The position numbers and the translations under genes were made by a program. This document shows positions 26,038 through 35,975 of a stretch of DNA of 64,000 bases, piece by piece. Source of the DNA: Bacteroidales bacterium (lineage in GTDB: Bacteria > Bacteroidota > Bacteroidia > Bacteroidales > FEN-979); the NCBI GenBank assembly GCA_014860625.1, contig JACZJJ010000039.1, positions 871 to 64,870 on the forward strand, in the 5' to 3' direction. How positions within the stretch are numbered: the stretch's first letter is position 1; each line of letters opens with the position of its first letter. The notes under the pieces were generated by a model. The model saw only the letters and a program-made list of their open reading frames with translations. It did no database searches and was not told the origin of the DNA.

Positions 26038-26045
26038 CAAAGTTA
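26038..26045 (-). promoter_or_regulatory. -7 box (TAACTTTG on the minus strand) for ahcY
   Basis: Plus-strand caaagtta, 25 nt upstream of the ahcY ATG at 26012. Confidence 0.5.
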
Positions 26046-26077
26046 CTCAAAATCGGAATGCAGCCAAATGAAATTCG

Positions 26078-26085
26078 TACTTTTG
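26078..26085 (+). promoter_or_regulatory. -7 box (TACTTTTG) for the PPTase-metH-metF operon
   Basis: It lies 29 nt upstream of the ATG at 26115, downstream of the alternative ATG at 26058. This supports the 26115 start. Confidence 0.5.
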
Positions 26086-26114
26086 TTTTCGGCGGGAGCC
26101 ATGAACAACCCAGT

Positions 26115-26768
26115 ATGCCTGTTATCTACACCAGACTCATCAACCCGAAAACCAAGCTCATTGTGTGGCATTGTACTGAAGATGCAGATCTGATTTACAG
26201 TCAGCTTGATCTTGTGCAGGAAGATGAGGCGATCTATGCCACCATTCGCAACCAAAACAGAAAACTGCAATGGCTCGCATGCCGTATGGCTCTATCCCAT
26301 TTGATGCAGACCAAAGCGATAGGGATTCGTTATGATGAACATGGCAAACCTTTCCTGATTTCAGGAGAGGCAGAGATCTCCTTTTCGCATACCGGAAAAT
26401 ACGGAGCTGCCATCTGTTCAACCAATTCGGCCGTTGGAATTGACCTGGAGCAGGTGAGGGAGAAAATCAGCCGGGTGGAGGAGCGGTTCCTCTCTCCGGA
26501 TGAACTGACAATGGCATCCGGCGAGGACCGCATGAAGAAACTCACCCTTTTCTGGGCAGTGAAAGAGGCGTTGTATAAAATCAACGGAAAGCCCGATTTA
26601 GACATGCAGCATGACATATGTATCGAATCGTTTGACTACCTTTGCAGGACCGATGGTGAGCTTACAGCCCGGATGAAAATGTTGGGCCGGAGAATTGAGA
26701 TTCCGGTATTTTACCACATGTTGGATGATGCGATTCTGGCTTGGGCAACGATATCGGAAAAGATCTAA
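26115..26768 (+). CDS. Sfp-type 4'-phosphopantetheinyl transferase
   Basis: Motifs GKPFL, FSHTGKYGAAIC, VGIDLEQV and FWAVKEALYK match the PPTase superfamily signatures (V/I)G(I/V)D and (F/W)xxKE(A/S)xxK. Confidence 0.75.
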   Translation: MPVIYTRLINPKTKLIVWHCTEDADLIYSQLDLVQEDEAIYATIRNQNRKLQWLACRMALSHLMQTKAIGIRYDEHGKPFLISGEAEISFSHTGKYGAAICSTNSAVGIDLEQVREKISRVEERFLSPDELTMASGEDRMKKLTLFWAVKEALYKINGKPDLDMQHDICIESFDYLCRTDGELTARMKMLGRRIEIPVFYHMLDDAILAWATISEKI

Positions 26769-26771
26769 GAG

Positions 26772-29700
26772 ATGGCAGTAAAACCAGTAAAACACCTTGC
26801 AAAACGAATTCTGATCCTCGACGGGGCCATGGGGACGATGATCCAGAACTATTCTCTGAAAGAAGAGGATTACCGTGGAGAGCGGTTCAAGGATTTTCAA
26901 ACCAGCCTGAAAGGGAATAATGACTTGCTGGTGCTAACCCAGCCGGAGATCATTCAGGAGATCCATGAAAAATACCTGGAAGCAGGTGCCGATATCATTG
27001 AAACGGACACCTTCAACGCCAACCGCATCTCGATGGCCGACTATCAGATGGAGAGCCTTGTCTACGAGATCAACCTGGAAGCTGCCAAGCTCGCCCGGGA
27101 GGCTGCCGACCGGTATTCGCGCTTTACCCCCGACAAGCCACGCTGGGTTGCCGGTTCAATGGGCCCTACCAACAAAACCGCATCCCTCTCGCCCGATGTG
27201 CAGGATCCCGCTTTCCGTGCCGTGACTTTCGACGATCTTTACCAGGCCTACCGAGAGCAAGCCTTGGGCCTGATAGACGGAAAAGTCGACATCCTGGTGG
27301 TAGAGACCATCTTCGACACTCTGAATGCGAAAGCAGCCCTGGTTGCTATTTTCGACATTCTGGAAGAGCGCAAAATCAATCTTCCGGTGGTTGCCTCTGT
27401 TACGGTGACCGACCTGAGCGGAAGGACCCTGTCAGGACAAACCCTCGAAGCATTCCTCTATTCCATTTATCATTTCGATCTCTTTGCGCTTGGTCTCAAC
27501 TGCTCGCTCGGCGCAAAGGACCTCCGCCCCTACCTGGAGGAGCTTTCACGAATTGCTCCTTTCCCATTGATGATCTACCCCAATGCCGGACTGCCGAACC
27601 AGTACGGGAACTACGACGAGACTCCGGAAACCATGGCCGGTTTTGTCAGGGATTTCCTCGAAGAGGGGTTTGTGAATATTATTGGAGGATGTTGTGGAAC
27701 CACGCAGGAACACATCCGCAAACTGGCAGATCTTGCTTCCGGATACAAGCCGCGCCAGGTCCCGAAAAAGAGCCACGAATTGAGACTGAGCGGATTGGAA
27801 CCCCTTTTGGTTTACAAGGAGAGCAACTTTATCAACATCGGTGAACGCACCAATGTAAGCGGCTCTAAGAAATTTGCCCGCCTCATCCGGGAAGAAAAAT
27901 ATGAAGAGGCCCTCTCTGTTGCCAAGCAGCAGGTTGAAAATGGGGCGCAGATCATCGACATCAGCATGGATGAGGCGATGCTGGATGCCGAAAAAGCGAT
28001 GACCACCTTCCTGCATATGCTGGCATCCGATCCCGATATTGCCAAAGTTCCATTGATGGTCGACTCATCCAGATGGCCGGTCATCGCATCGGGGCTTACC
28101 TGTATCCAGGGGAAACCCGTCGTGAACTCAATCAGTCTGAAAGAGGGTCCGGATGAGTTCAGGGAGCATGCCCGCTTTTTGAAAAAGATGGGAGCTGCCG
28201 TAGTGGTGATGGCATTCGACGAGGAGGGTCAGGCTACGACCTTTGAACGGCGGATTGAGATTGCCCAAAGAGCCTATAACATCCTGACCAAAGAGATCGG
28301 CATCCTGCCCGAAGACATTATTTTCGATCCCAATATTCTCACGGTTGCTACCGGTATAGATGAGCATAATACCTATGCCGTTGACTTTCTTCACACGGTA
28401 ACATGGATCAAGGAGAACCTGCCGTATGCCCGTGTCAGCGGAGGCATCAGCAACCTCTCCTTCTCATTCCGCGGGAACGAACTCATCCGTGAAGCGATGC
28501 ATTCGGCATTTCTCTACCATGCCATCAAAGCGGGATTGGATATGGGTATCGTCAATGCCGGGAACCTCCAGGTTTATGATGAGATCCCGAAAGATTTGCT
28601 GAAGCTGGTTGAAGATGTGATCCTGAACCGGAGAAAAGATGCCACGGAACGGCTTGTTGCCTATGCCGATGCCCACCAGGATGGTGCGAAGAGAGAGATC
28701 CTGGAGCAGGAGTGGCGGACCTTCACGCTGGCAAAACGCCTGGCCCATGCATTGATCAAAGGCAACACCGAGTTTATTGACCAGGACATTGATGAAGCGC
28801 TTGTTCATTACGACCAGGCACTCCAGATCATTGAAGGTCCGCTGATGGATGGGATGAACCATGTTGGTGATCTCTTTGGTGCCGGAAAGATGTTCCTGCC
28901 CCAGGTGGTCAAAAGTGCCCGGGTGATGAAAAAAGCCGTTGCCCGGCTGATGCCTGTCCTGGAAGCCGAGAAAGCACAGGACAAGCTGGCGGCGCGAAGT
29001 GCGGGCAAGATTCTGATGGCTACCGTGAAAGGAGATGTTCACGACATCGGAAAAAATATCGTGGGCGTTGTACTGGGATGCAACAACTTCGAGGTCTTCG
29101 ACCTGGGAGTGATGGTCCCTGCCGATAAGATCCTCCAGGAAGCCATTGCCCGGAATGTAGATGTGATAGGCCTCTCCGGACTCATCACCCCTTCGCTGGA
29201 AGAGATGGTTTACGTGGCAAAGGAGATGCAGCGCACCGGGTTGAAAATCCCTCTTCTCATTGGAGGAGCTACCACCTCTGAGATCCATACAGCGGTTAAA
29301 ATAGAACCTTACATTGATTCTCCGGTGATCCATGTCAAAGATGCCTCCAGGGCGGTTGGCGTAATGCGTAATTTACTCTCTGCCGATCAGCAGGGTCCTT
29401 ATACCGACTCCGTAAGGAAACACTACGAGGAGCTGAGGACCCAGCATGAAAAGAAGCATAAAAAGGTGAATATCACCCTCTCCGAAGCGAGAAAGAACCG
29501 GCTGAAAATTACCTGGGATGCCTATTTCGTTCCCAAGCCCCAGATGACCGGAAACATGGTATTCTATGATTTTCCGTTGGGCGACATACGGGATTATATT
29601 GACTGGACTTTCTTTTTCCACGCCTGGAAGCTGAACGGAAAATATCCTGCCATTCTGGAAGACCCTGTCAAGGGAGAGGAGGCACGAAAACTTCTCGATG

Positions 29701-30449
29701 ATGCCCTGGTGATGCTCAACGACATCATCAGCAAAAAGATGTTACTGGCAAAAGGCATCATGGGAATCTATCCCTGCAACTCGGTGGGTGACGATGTGGA
29801 GATTTACAAAGACGACTCACGCAGGGAGGTGGTTACCACCTTGCGTTTCCTGCGCAACCAGGAGCAGAAAGAGAGCGGGAAACCCAACTTGTGCCTGGCT
29901 GATTTTATAGCTCCGAAAGAGACCGGACAGGTCGACTACATTGGCGGGTTTGTTGTAACGGCAGGACTGGGTGTCAAAGAGTGGGTGCAACAGTATGAGC
30001 AGGAGCTAGACGATTACCAGGCCATCCTGATCAAGGTGCTGGCCGACCGCCTTGCCGAAGCCTTTGCCGAGAAGCTGCATCACCAGGTAAGGAAAGAGTT
30101 CTGGGGGTATGCAAAAGAGGAAGATCTCGACATTCAGTCGATTCTGCGGGAAGGGTACCAGGGTATCCGTCCGGCACCAGGCTATCCCGCCTGTCCCGAT
30201 CATTCCGAAAAAGAACAGCTCTTTGAACTGCTGGCAGTAGATAAAAATATTGATGTGCGGCTCACCGAGAATTTTGCGATGTATCCCGCAGCAAGCGTTT
30301 GCGGCTACTATTTTTCGCATCCCGAAAGCCGCTACTTTAACCTTGGAAAAATCAACAAAGACCAGGTCTCCGATTATTCCAGGAGGAAAGGAGTTACCAC
30401 CGACCGCACTGAGAAATTGTTGAACCCCGTTTTGAATTATAACGTATGA
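26772..30449 (+). CDS. metH: Cobalamin-dependent methionine synthase
   Basis: 1225 aa. It has the Hcy-binding N-terminus ([11 protein letters not shown]), a pterin-binding module, the B12-binding DxHxxG motif ([12 protein letters not shown]) and the AdoMet reactivation domain. Confidence 0.95.
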   Translation: MAVKPVKHLAKRILILDGAMGTMIQNYSLKEEDYRGERFKDFQTSLKGNNDLLVLTQPEIIQEIHEKYLEAGADIIETDTFNANRISMADYQMESLVYEINLEAAKLAREAADRYSRFTPDKPRWVAGSMGPTNKTASLSPDVQDPAFRAVTFDDLYQAYREQALGLIDGKVDILVVETIFDTLNAKAALVAIFDILEERKINLPVVASVTVTDLSGRTLSGQTLEAFLYSIYHFDLFALGLNCSLGAKDLRPYLEELSRIAPFPLMIYPNAGLPNQYGNYDETPETMAGFVRDFLEEGFVNIIGGCCGTTQEHIRKLADLASGYKPRQVPKKSHELRLSGLEPLLVYKESNFINIGERTNVSGSKKFARLIREEKYEEALSVAKQQVENGAQIIDISMDEAMLDAEKAMTTFLHMLASDPDIAKVPLMVDSSRWPVIASGLTCIQGKPVVNSISLKEGPDEFREHARFLKKMGAAVVVMAFDEEGQATTFERRIEIAQRAYNILTKEIGILPEDIIFDPNILTVATGIDEHNTYAVDFLHTVTWIKENLPYARVSGGISNLSFSFRGNELIREAMHSAFLYHAIKAGLDMGIVNAGNLQVYDEIPKDLLKLVEDVILNRRKDATERLVAYADAHQDGAKREILEQEWRTFTLAKRLAHALIKGNTEFIDQDIDEALVHYDQALQIIEGPLMDGMNHVGDLFGAGKMFLPQVVKSARVMKKAVARLMPVLEAEKAQDKLAARSAGKILMATVKGDVHDIGKNIVGVVLGCNNFEVFDLGVMVPADKILQEAIARNVDVIGLSGLITPSLEEMVYVAKEMQRTGLKIPLLIGGATTSEIHTAVKIEPYIDSPVIHVKDASRAVGVMRNLLSADQQGPYTDSVRKHYEELRTQHEKKHKKVNITLSEARKNRLKITWDAYFVPKPQMTGNMVFYDFPLGDIRDYIDWTFFFHAWKLNGKYPAILEDPVKGEEARKLLDDALVMLNDIISKKMLLAKGIMGIYPCNSVGDDVEIYKDDSRREVVTTLRFLRNQEQKESGKPNLCLADFIAPKETGQVDYIGGFVVTAGLGVKEWVQQYEQELDDYQAILIKVLADRLAEAFAEKLHHQVRKEFWGYAKEEDLDIQSILREGYQGIRPAPGYPACPDHSEKEQLFELLAVDKNIDVRLTENFAMYPAASVCGYYFSHPESRYFNLGKINKDQVSDYSRRKGVTTDRTEKLLNPVLNYNV

Positions 30450-31402
30450 GAGTCATTGACCAGATAAATCAATCCGATAAAACCCTTTTTTCGTTTGAGC
30501 TGTTACCACCCCTGAAGGGGCATAACATCGAACTCATCTACCAGGCCATCGACCCCCTGATTGATTTCAACCCTTCATTTATCAACGTAACCTACCATCA
30601 GGAAGAGGTCATCTATAAAAAACATCCCAGCGGTCTTCTGGAGAAAAAGACCATCCGGAAACGACCCGGCACCGTAGCCATTTCAGCGGCAATCAAATAC
30701 AGGTATCCTTCGGTAGAGGTGGTTCCACACCTGATTTGCGGAGGCTTCTCCAAAGAGGATACGGAATATGCCCTGATCGACTTCCACTACCTGGGCATCA
30801 ACAACCTTCTGGCACTGCGGGGGGACCCTCCGAAAGGGATCCGTGGCTTCATTCCCGAACCCGACGGACATCCATATGCCTCGGGGCTTGTTAAACAGAT
30901 CATCAACATGAATAAAGGGAAATACCTCGACGAAGGCCTCCGGAATACGACGGCCACCGATTTCTGTGTCGGCATTGCCGGCTATCCCGAAAAACATCTC
31001 GAATCCCCTAATGTTGCGTACGACCTGAAGTACCTGAAGGAGAAAATCGACGCCGGTGCCGAATACATCATAACCCAGATGTTCTTCAACAACCAGAGTT
31101 ATTTCGACTACGTGAAGCGCTGCCGGGAAGCCGGCATCACGGTTCCGATCATCCCGGGGCTGAAACCCGTAGCCACCATACAGGACATCAATCTCCTGCC
31201 TCAGATTTTCAATATCGATATTCCGGAAGATCTGGTGAAAGAGATTCAGAAATGCAAGAACAACGACGAAGCATTCCAGGTTGGGATCGAGTGGACCATC
31301 AACCAGTCGAAAGAGCTGATCGCATTTGGTGTTCCCGTTCTGCACTATTTCACCGTCGGCATCTCGGAAAATATCCGGCAAATTGCTGCTGCCGTCATTT
31401 AA
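30446..31402 (+). CDS. metF: 5,10-methylenetetrahydrofolate reductase
   Basis: [12 protein letters not shown]-terminal motif, 318 aa. The ATGA start/stop overlap with metH implies translational coupling. Confidence 0.9.
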   Translation: MRVIDQINQSDKTLFSFELLPPLKGHNIELIYQAIDPLIDFNPSFINVTYHQEEVIYKKHPSGLLEKKTIRKRPGTVAISAAIKYRYPSVEVVPHLICGGFSKEDTEYALIDFHYLGINNLLALRGDPPKGIRGFIPEPDGHPYASGLVKQIINMNKGKYLDEGLRNTTATDFCVGIAGYPEKHLESPNVAYDLKYLKEKIDAGAEYIITQMFFNNQSYFDYVKRCREAGITVPIIPGLKPVATIQDINLLPQIFNIDIPEDLVKEIQKCKNNDEAFQVGIEWTINQSKELIAFGVPVLHYFTVGISENIRQIAAAVI

Positions 31403-31412
31403 TCCATCGCTT

Positions 31413-32150
31413 ATGCAACTCAATCATTCGCTGACCAACAGCATCATCAAGGAAAAGAAAAAGCGGTTTGCCGTTTTGATCGATCCCGACAAGTACACGC
31501 TCGACCGGTTAAAACGGTTGATCAAGATCTCCTGTAAATCGGGTGTCGACTATTTTTTCTTTGGAGGGAGTCTCCTTACCAGGGATCAGCAGGATCTTTT
31601 TCTCACGCACATCAAGGAAAATTGTGATATCCCGGTCATTCTTTTTCCCGGCAACCATTTCCAGATCAATGCAAAAGCAGATGGAATTCTATTCCTCTCC
31701 CTCATCTCCGGCAGAAATCCGGAGTTGCTTATCGGGAAACATGTGGTGGCAGCTCCTTACCTGAAGGCGAGCAAGCTGGAAGTGATCTCTACCGGTTACA
31801 TGCTGATTGACGGAGGGAACCGCACAACAGTTGCTTATATGAGCAACACAGATCCTATCCCGGCCGAAAAAAGTGAAATTGCAGTTTGCACTGCACTTGC
31901 CGGTGAACTCCTCGGACTGAAGCTTATCTATATGGATGCCGGCAGTGGAGCCAGCAATCCTGTTCCGTTAAGCATGATCAAACAAGTGAAGAAATACATC
32001 TCGATCCCGTTGGTGATAGGGGGAGGAATCCGCACTCCTCTCCAGGCTGCCAAAGCCTGTCAGGCAGGAGCTGACGTTGTTGTTGTTGGCAACGCGATTG
32101 AAGAAGACCTCAAGCTCGTACCCAGCATCTCAGAAGCAATCCACGGTTAA
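31413..32150 (+). CDS. Geranylgeranylglyceryl / heptaprenylglyceryl phosphate synthase family protein (PcrB-like)
   Basis: ATG at 31413. Motifs GVDYFFFGGS, LIYMDAGSGA and LVIGGGIRT are typical of the GGGPS/PcrB TIM-barrel family. Confidence 0.7.
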   Translation: MQLNHSLTNSIIKEKKKRFAVLIDPDKYTLDRLKRLIKISCKSGVDYFFFGGSLLTRDQQDLFLTHIKENCDIPVILFPGNHFQINAKADGILFLSLISGRNPELLIGKHVVAAPYLKASKLEVISTGYMLIDGGNRTTVAYMSNTDPIPAEKSEIAVCTALAGELLGLKLIYMDAGSGASNPVPLSMIKQVKKYISIPLVIGGGIRTPLQAAKACQAGADVVVVGNAIEEDLKLVPSISEAIHG

Positions 32151-32171
32151 CTACTTTCAACACAAACTTTT

Positions 32172-34337
32172 ATGTATAAAATTACGATCATCCTGGCCAT
32201 GGCTCTCCTGTCGGTGTGCAGCCATGCCCAATCCAGGCTATTCACTATTGAAGATGCCACCGGTCTGAACCGCTCCCTTTCCCCAAAACGGTTGAGCCAG
32301 CTTCAATGGTGTGGCGGTTCCATGAACTTTTCGCTCGTAGAAGGCAACTACCTGATATCGGAATCTGTGAAATCAGCTGCCCGGGATACCCTTCTCGACC
32401 TGAACAAACTCAACGGTCAGTTGACGGAGATGAAAACAGATTCGTTGAAACGATTTCCTGCAGTCACCTTCTCCTCGCCTAGCGACTTGTGGTTTGTTCA
32501 GAAAGGGCAGATATTCAACTATTCGCTGGAGAAGAAAAGGATGCGGACCCTAAACTCATACAATCCAAAAGGTGAAAATGTGGAGATTGATCCGGAGCAG
32601 TTTCACGTAGCCTTTACCCTTGATCACAACATTTTTGTGTCTGTTGATGGTGAGGAGAAACAGGTTACCGTCGATGGAAAGGTGGGTCTTGAATACGGCA
32701 CATCTGTTCACCGCAATGAATTTGGAATCAGCAAAGGACTTTTCTGGTCACCCAAAGGAGATCTCCTTGCTTTCTACCGGATGGATGAGTCGATGGTGTC
32801 CGATTACCCGCTGGTGGATATCGACACCCGGATGGCCGAAGTCGCCCCGACAAAGTACCCGATGGCAGGGATGACAAGTCACGAAGTTACAATAGGAGTT
32901 TACAATCCGGCATCCGGATCCACCATTTACCTCAACACAGAGAAACCCGCCGACCAGTACCTTACCAATATCACGTGGAGTCCCGATCAGAAATTTATCT
33001 ATGTTGCAGTTCTCAACAGGGATCAGAACCATCTCTGGTTGAACCAGTATGATGCTACAGACGGAACATTTGTGAAAACACTCTTCGAAGAGAGTAGTGA
33101 CAGCTATGTGGAACCTCAACATGAACTCTATTTCCTGCCGGATCATCCGAACTCGTTTGTTTGGATGAGCGACCGCAATGGGTACAATCACCTCTATTTA
33201 TATGATACCAATGGGGAGTTGATCCGGCAACTGACAAAAGGAGAGTGGGTGGTGACAAACTTCACCGGATTTGATCCCAAGGGGACTACCGCCTTTTTCA
33301 TGTGCACAAAAAACAATCCGCTGGGCGATTTCATGTATTCGGTTGACCTTCACTCCCTGGAACTTACAGAGATTACCAAATCTCCCGGAAGCCACAGGGT
33401 GTTGCTATCGGATGATGCCAACTATATTTTAGATACCTACTCTTCTCTGACCGTTCCATCCGTAACAGAGTTGCTTGATGCCAGGGGAAGGCAAATCAGG
33501 ATGGTACAGGAGAGTCCCGATCCATTGGAAGGTTATGAACTGGGCAAAACCGAAATCTTTTCCATCCCCAACGAAGACAACATTGATCTTTACTGCCGCC
33601 TGATCAAGCCTGTCGGATTCGACGCCACAAAACAATACCCGGTCTTTATCTATGTTTACGGTGGCCCTCATTCACAACTGGTCACAGACTCATGGCTGGG
33701 AGGTGGCGGGTTTTTCCTGAATTACATGGCCCAGCAGGGGTTTGTTGTATTCACCCTTGATAACAGGGGAACAGCCAACCGGGGAACGGCTTTTGAGCAT
33801 GCCATTTTCAGGCAGGTTGGAACGGCTGAGATGGCCGACCAGATGAGCGGAGTGAACTATTTGAAATCACTGCCATGGGTAGACACTACCCGGATCGGGA
33901 TCAACGGATGGAGCTACGGAGGGTTCATGGCGCTGACGATGGCGTTGAGAAATCCAGGCCAGTTTCCCGTTGTAGTAGCCGGCGGACCTGTTGTCGACTG
34001 GAAATACTACGAAGTGATGTATGGGGAGCGTTACATGGATACCCCGGAAGCCAATCCGGATGGATATAAGACATCCTGCCTGCTGAATTATGTAAAGGAC
34101 CTGACGGGCGATATTCTGATCATCCAGGGATACCAGGACAATACGGTAGTTCCTCAAAACGCCCTGAACTTCATCAAAAGATGTGTGGAAGAGGGCAAGC
34201 AGGTTGATTTCTTCCTCTATCCCAACCACCCGCATAACGTCAGGGGAAAAGACCGGGTGCATTTGAATACCATGATTCTGGATTACTTTAACGAGGGATT
34301 AGCGATTAGCGATCAGGGATTAGGGATCAGGGATTAG
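32172..34337 (+). CDS. Dipeptidyl-peptidase IV family serine peptidase (S9B)
   Basis: Signal peptide, an N-terminal beta-propeller region and the catalytic GINGWSYGGFMAL (GWSYGG). The last ~12 residues (LAISDQGLGIRD*) are encoded by the 7-nt array. Confidence 0.85.
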   Translation: MYKITIILAMALLSVCSHAQSRLFTIEDATGLNRSLSPKRLSQLQWCGGSMNFSLVEGNYLISESVKSAARDTLLDLNKLNGQLTEMKTDSLKRFPAVTFSSPSDLWFVQKGQIFNYSLEKKRMRTLNSYNPKGENVEIDPEQFHVAFTLDHNIFVSVDGEEKQVTVDGKVGLEYGTSVHRNEFGISKGLFWSPKGDLLAFYRMDESMVSDYPLVDIDTRMAEVAPTKYPMAGMTSHEVTIGVYNPASGSTIYLNTEKPADQYLTNITWSPDQKFIYVAVLNRDQNHLWLNQYDATDGTFVKTLFEESSDSYVEPQHELYFLPDHPNSFVWMSDRNGYNHLYLYDTNGELIRQLTKGEWVVTNFTGFDPKGTTAFFMCTKNNPLGDFMYSVDLHSLELTEITKSPGSHRVLLSDDANYILDTYSSLTVPSVTELLDARGRQIRMVQESPDPLEGYELGKTEIFSIPNEDNIDLYCRLIKPVGFDATKQYPVFIYVYGGPHSQLVTDSWLGGGGFFLNYMAQQGFVVFTLDNRGTANRGTAFEHAIFRQVGTAEMADQMSGVNYLKSLPWVDTTRIGINGWSYGGFMALTMALRNPGQFPVVVAGGPVVDWKYYEVMYGERYMDTPEANPDGYKTSCLLNYVKDLTGDILIIQGYQDNTVVPQNALNFIKRCVEEGKQVDFFLYPNHPHNVRGKDRVHLNTMILDYFNEGLAISDQGLGIRD

Positions 34338-34346
34338 CGATTAGGG
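34295..34346. repeat. Phased 7-nt array (7.4 units, GGGATTA/GCGATTA/GGGATCA)
   Basis: gggatta gcgatta gcgatca gggatta gggatca gggatta gcgatta ggg. It supplies the DPP-IV C-terminal tail and its stop codon. Confidence 0.9.
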
Positions 34347-34365
34347 TTTCATTGATATATATTAA

Positions 34366-34420
34366 ATTCATGACATTCATCACTTCATCACTCCATGACC
34401 CCATCACCTCATCACCATTT
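34366..34420. repeat. Phased 8-nt array (about 7 units, ACNNCATC)
   Basis: attcatga cattcatc acttcatc actccatg accccatc acctcatc accattt. It ends exactly at the ATG at 34421 of the next gene. Confidence 0.8.
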
Positions 34421-35124
34421 ATGAGCTTTCTCGATAATATCAAACACCCCACTCTTCTGCTTGATGAGCAGAGATGCCGGGCGAATATCAGGCTGATGGC
34501 GGAGAAAGCGAGGAGAAACAATGTTCGGTTCCGGCCCCATTTCAAATCGCATCAATCAGCCATTATCGGCGAATGGTTCAGGGAAGAGGGCGTAAGGGCT
34601 ATCACGGTATCTTCTGTGGGTATGGCTTCTTACTTTGCGGAAGCCGGCTGGGACGACATCACAGTTGCTTTCCCTGTTAACCTGAGAGAGATGGATGAGA
34701 TCGACCGGGTAATTTCATCTTTAACGATGTGATGCAGATGGAGATAGGTTCATGCACTGCTGATCAGATCACCCTTTGTTTGGCTGCACCCGTCGTTGAC
34801 CTTTACCCGGATCGAAACGAAGCTATTGTTTATGCCGGAGCCATTCACCTTTCGAAGGAGCACATCAAACACAAGGGTCAGGAGATATTCGGGCTGGTGG
34901 TAAATCTCACAGATGAAGGATGGTCGCCACCTCTCACAGGATGTTATGCAGCCGGACTTTCACAGGAACATGGTATCCTAAGAATTGATCCATCCATGTT
35001 CAGTACCCTTCAGCCCGGCTCCCTGATCGGGATTCTTCCGGTTCATGCCTGTCTTACTGCAGATGTTATGAAGCAGTATACGACTCTTGAGAGGAAGCCA
35101 ATATCTATGTTCACCGGAATCTAA
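34421..35124 (+). pseudogene. D-serine dehydratase-like / D-threonine-aldolase-like PLP enzyme (alanine racemase N-terminal fold) with an internal deletion and frameshift
   Basis: The N-terminal fragment (MSFLDNIKHPTLLLDEQRCRANI...RFRPHFKSHQS...) stops at 34732. A C-terminal fragment in another frame (34729-35124, ...GLSQEHGILRID...ILPVHACLTADV) matches the family C-terminal domain. Together they total about 235 aa, against about 360-380 aa expected for the family. Confidence 0.55.
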
Positions 35125-35161
35125 CCACGGTTCACCGGGTATTTTCTCCTTTCCAACGATT

Positions 35162-35196
35162 TTATTTTTATTAAATCTAAATTAGCAGTACTTTTG
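35162..35196 (+). promoter_or_regulatory. Conserved 35-nt promoter module: 23-nt AT-rich box + 4 nt + -7 box TACTTTTG
   Basis: TTATTTTTATTAAATCTAAATTA gcag TACTTTTG. It is nearly identical in sequence and spacing to 49309-49343. Confidence 0.5.
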
Positions 35197-35375
35197 CTGC
35201 GGAATAATTTAGGAAATAATTGCAACATTATTCAATAAGATGCGTCATATGACAGACAAAACCCAAGCCGTTAAGCATCTGATAATCATTTGTTAATATT
35301 TTGTTAAACTGAGATTTTGCTGTAACCTTTTCGTTTTATTTGCATCTTATTACCCAAACACAAAAACAGACAACC

Positions 35376-35696
35376 ATGAAAACAATTAAATATCTTACCC
35401 TCACCCTGGTCCTTTTTCTGAGTGGCACTGCTCTATTCGCAACAGTCGACGGGACCACCATCAAAGAAACAACCCCCGTGGTTACCCTGGAAATACATTT
35501 GTTGATTCCACAAGTTCCGCAACTAGCCTCTTTTGAAGAAGGAGAGGTTGAAAATATGACCATCCTGTTAATGGAAGCAGCCAGAAGGTTTTCTCCGGTG
35601 ATGCCGCTGGAAGCTTGCTTTAACGATATACTGGCTGAAGACGAAGGACTTTCACCGGTTGTACCTCTGGTGGCTCCATATAGCGAAACCTTGTAA
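35376..35696 (+). CDS. Small secreted hypothetical protein (106 aa) with a reiterated P-V-x-P-L motif
   Basis: Signal peptide MKTIKYLTLTLVLFLSGTALFA. Four related segments follow (TPVVTLE, IPQVPQLASFEEGE, SPVMPLEACFNDI, SPVVPLVAPYSE). It is followed by a strong terminator. Confidence 0.45.
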   Translation: MKTIKYLTLTLVLFLSGTALFATVDGTTIKETTPVVTLEIHLLIPQVPQLASFEEGEVENMTILLMEAARRFSPVMPLEACFNDILAEDEGLSPVVPLVAPYSETL

Positions 35697-35763
35697 CGTA
35701 AAGACGCCATTCATCGCGTCTCGATTTAATATACCATCCCAATACACTGTGCTAGTGAAAAGG

Positions 35764-35792
35764 CCGCCCCGGTTTTCGGGGCGGTTTTTTTT
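35764..35792 (+). terminator. Rho-independent terminator
   Basis: 8-bp GC stem ccgccccg/cggggcgg (35764-35771 / 35777-35784), a 5-nt loop, then T8 (35785-35792). Confidence 0.85.
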
Positions 35793-35975
35793 GTTTTTAA
35801 AAAAGACAAGTTTAATATTCAGGCTGAAACAATAATATATATCGTTTTCTAAATGATCTGAATGTCCCCACTTATATACATACCCGGAAGGTTCTCCTCC
35901 TGAAGATAATTGTAATTTTTATATGTTTCAGTATGATGGCTTGTTCCACTCCAGGCAGGAAAAAAAAAGCGCACG

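Noticed and set aside
26013-26114. A riboswitch (SAH, SAM or cobalamin) in front of ahcY or the metH operon.
   Set aside because: The divergent spacer is only about 100 nt. It is largely used by two back-to-back -7 boxes with leaders of about 20-30 nt, which is too short for any of those aptamers.
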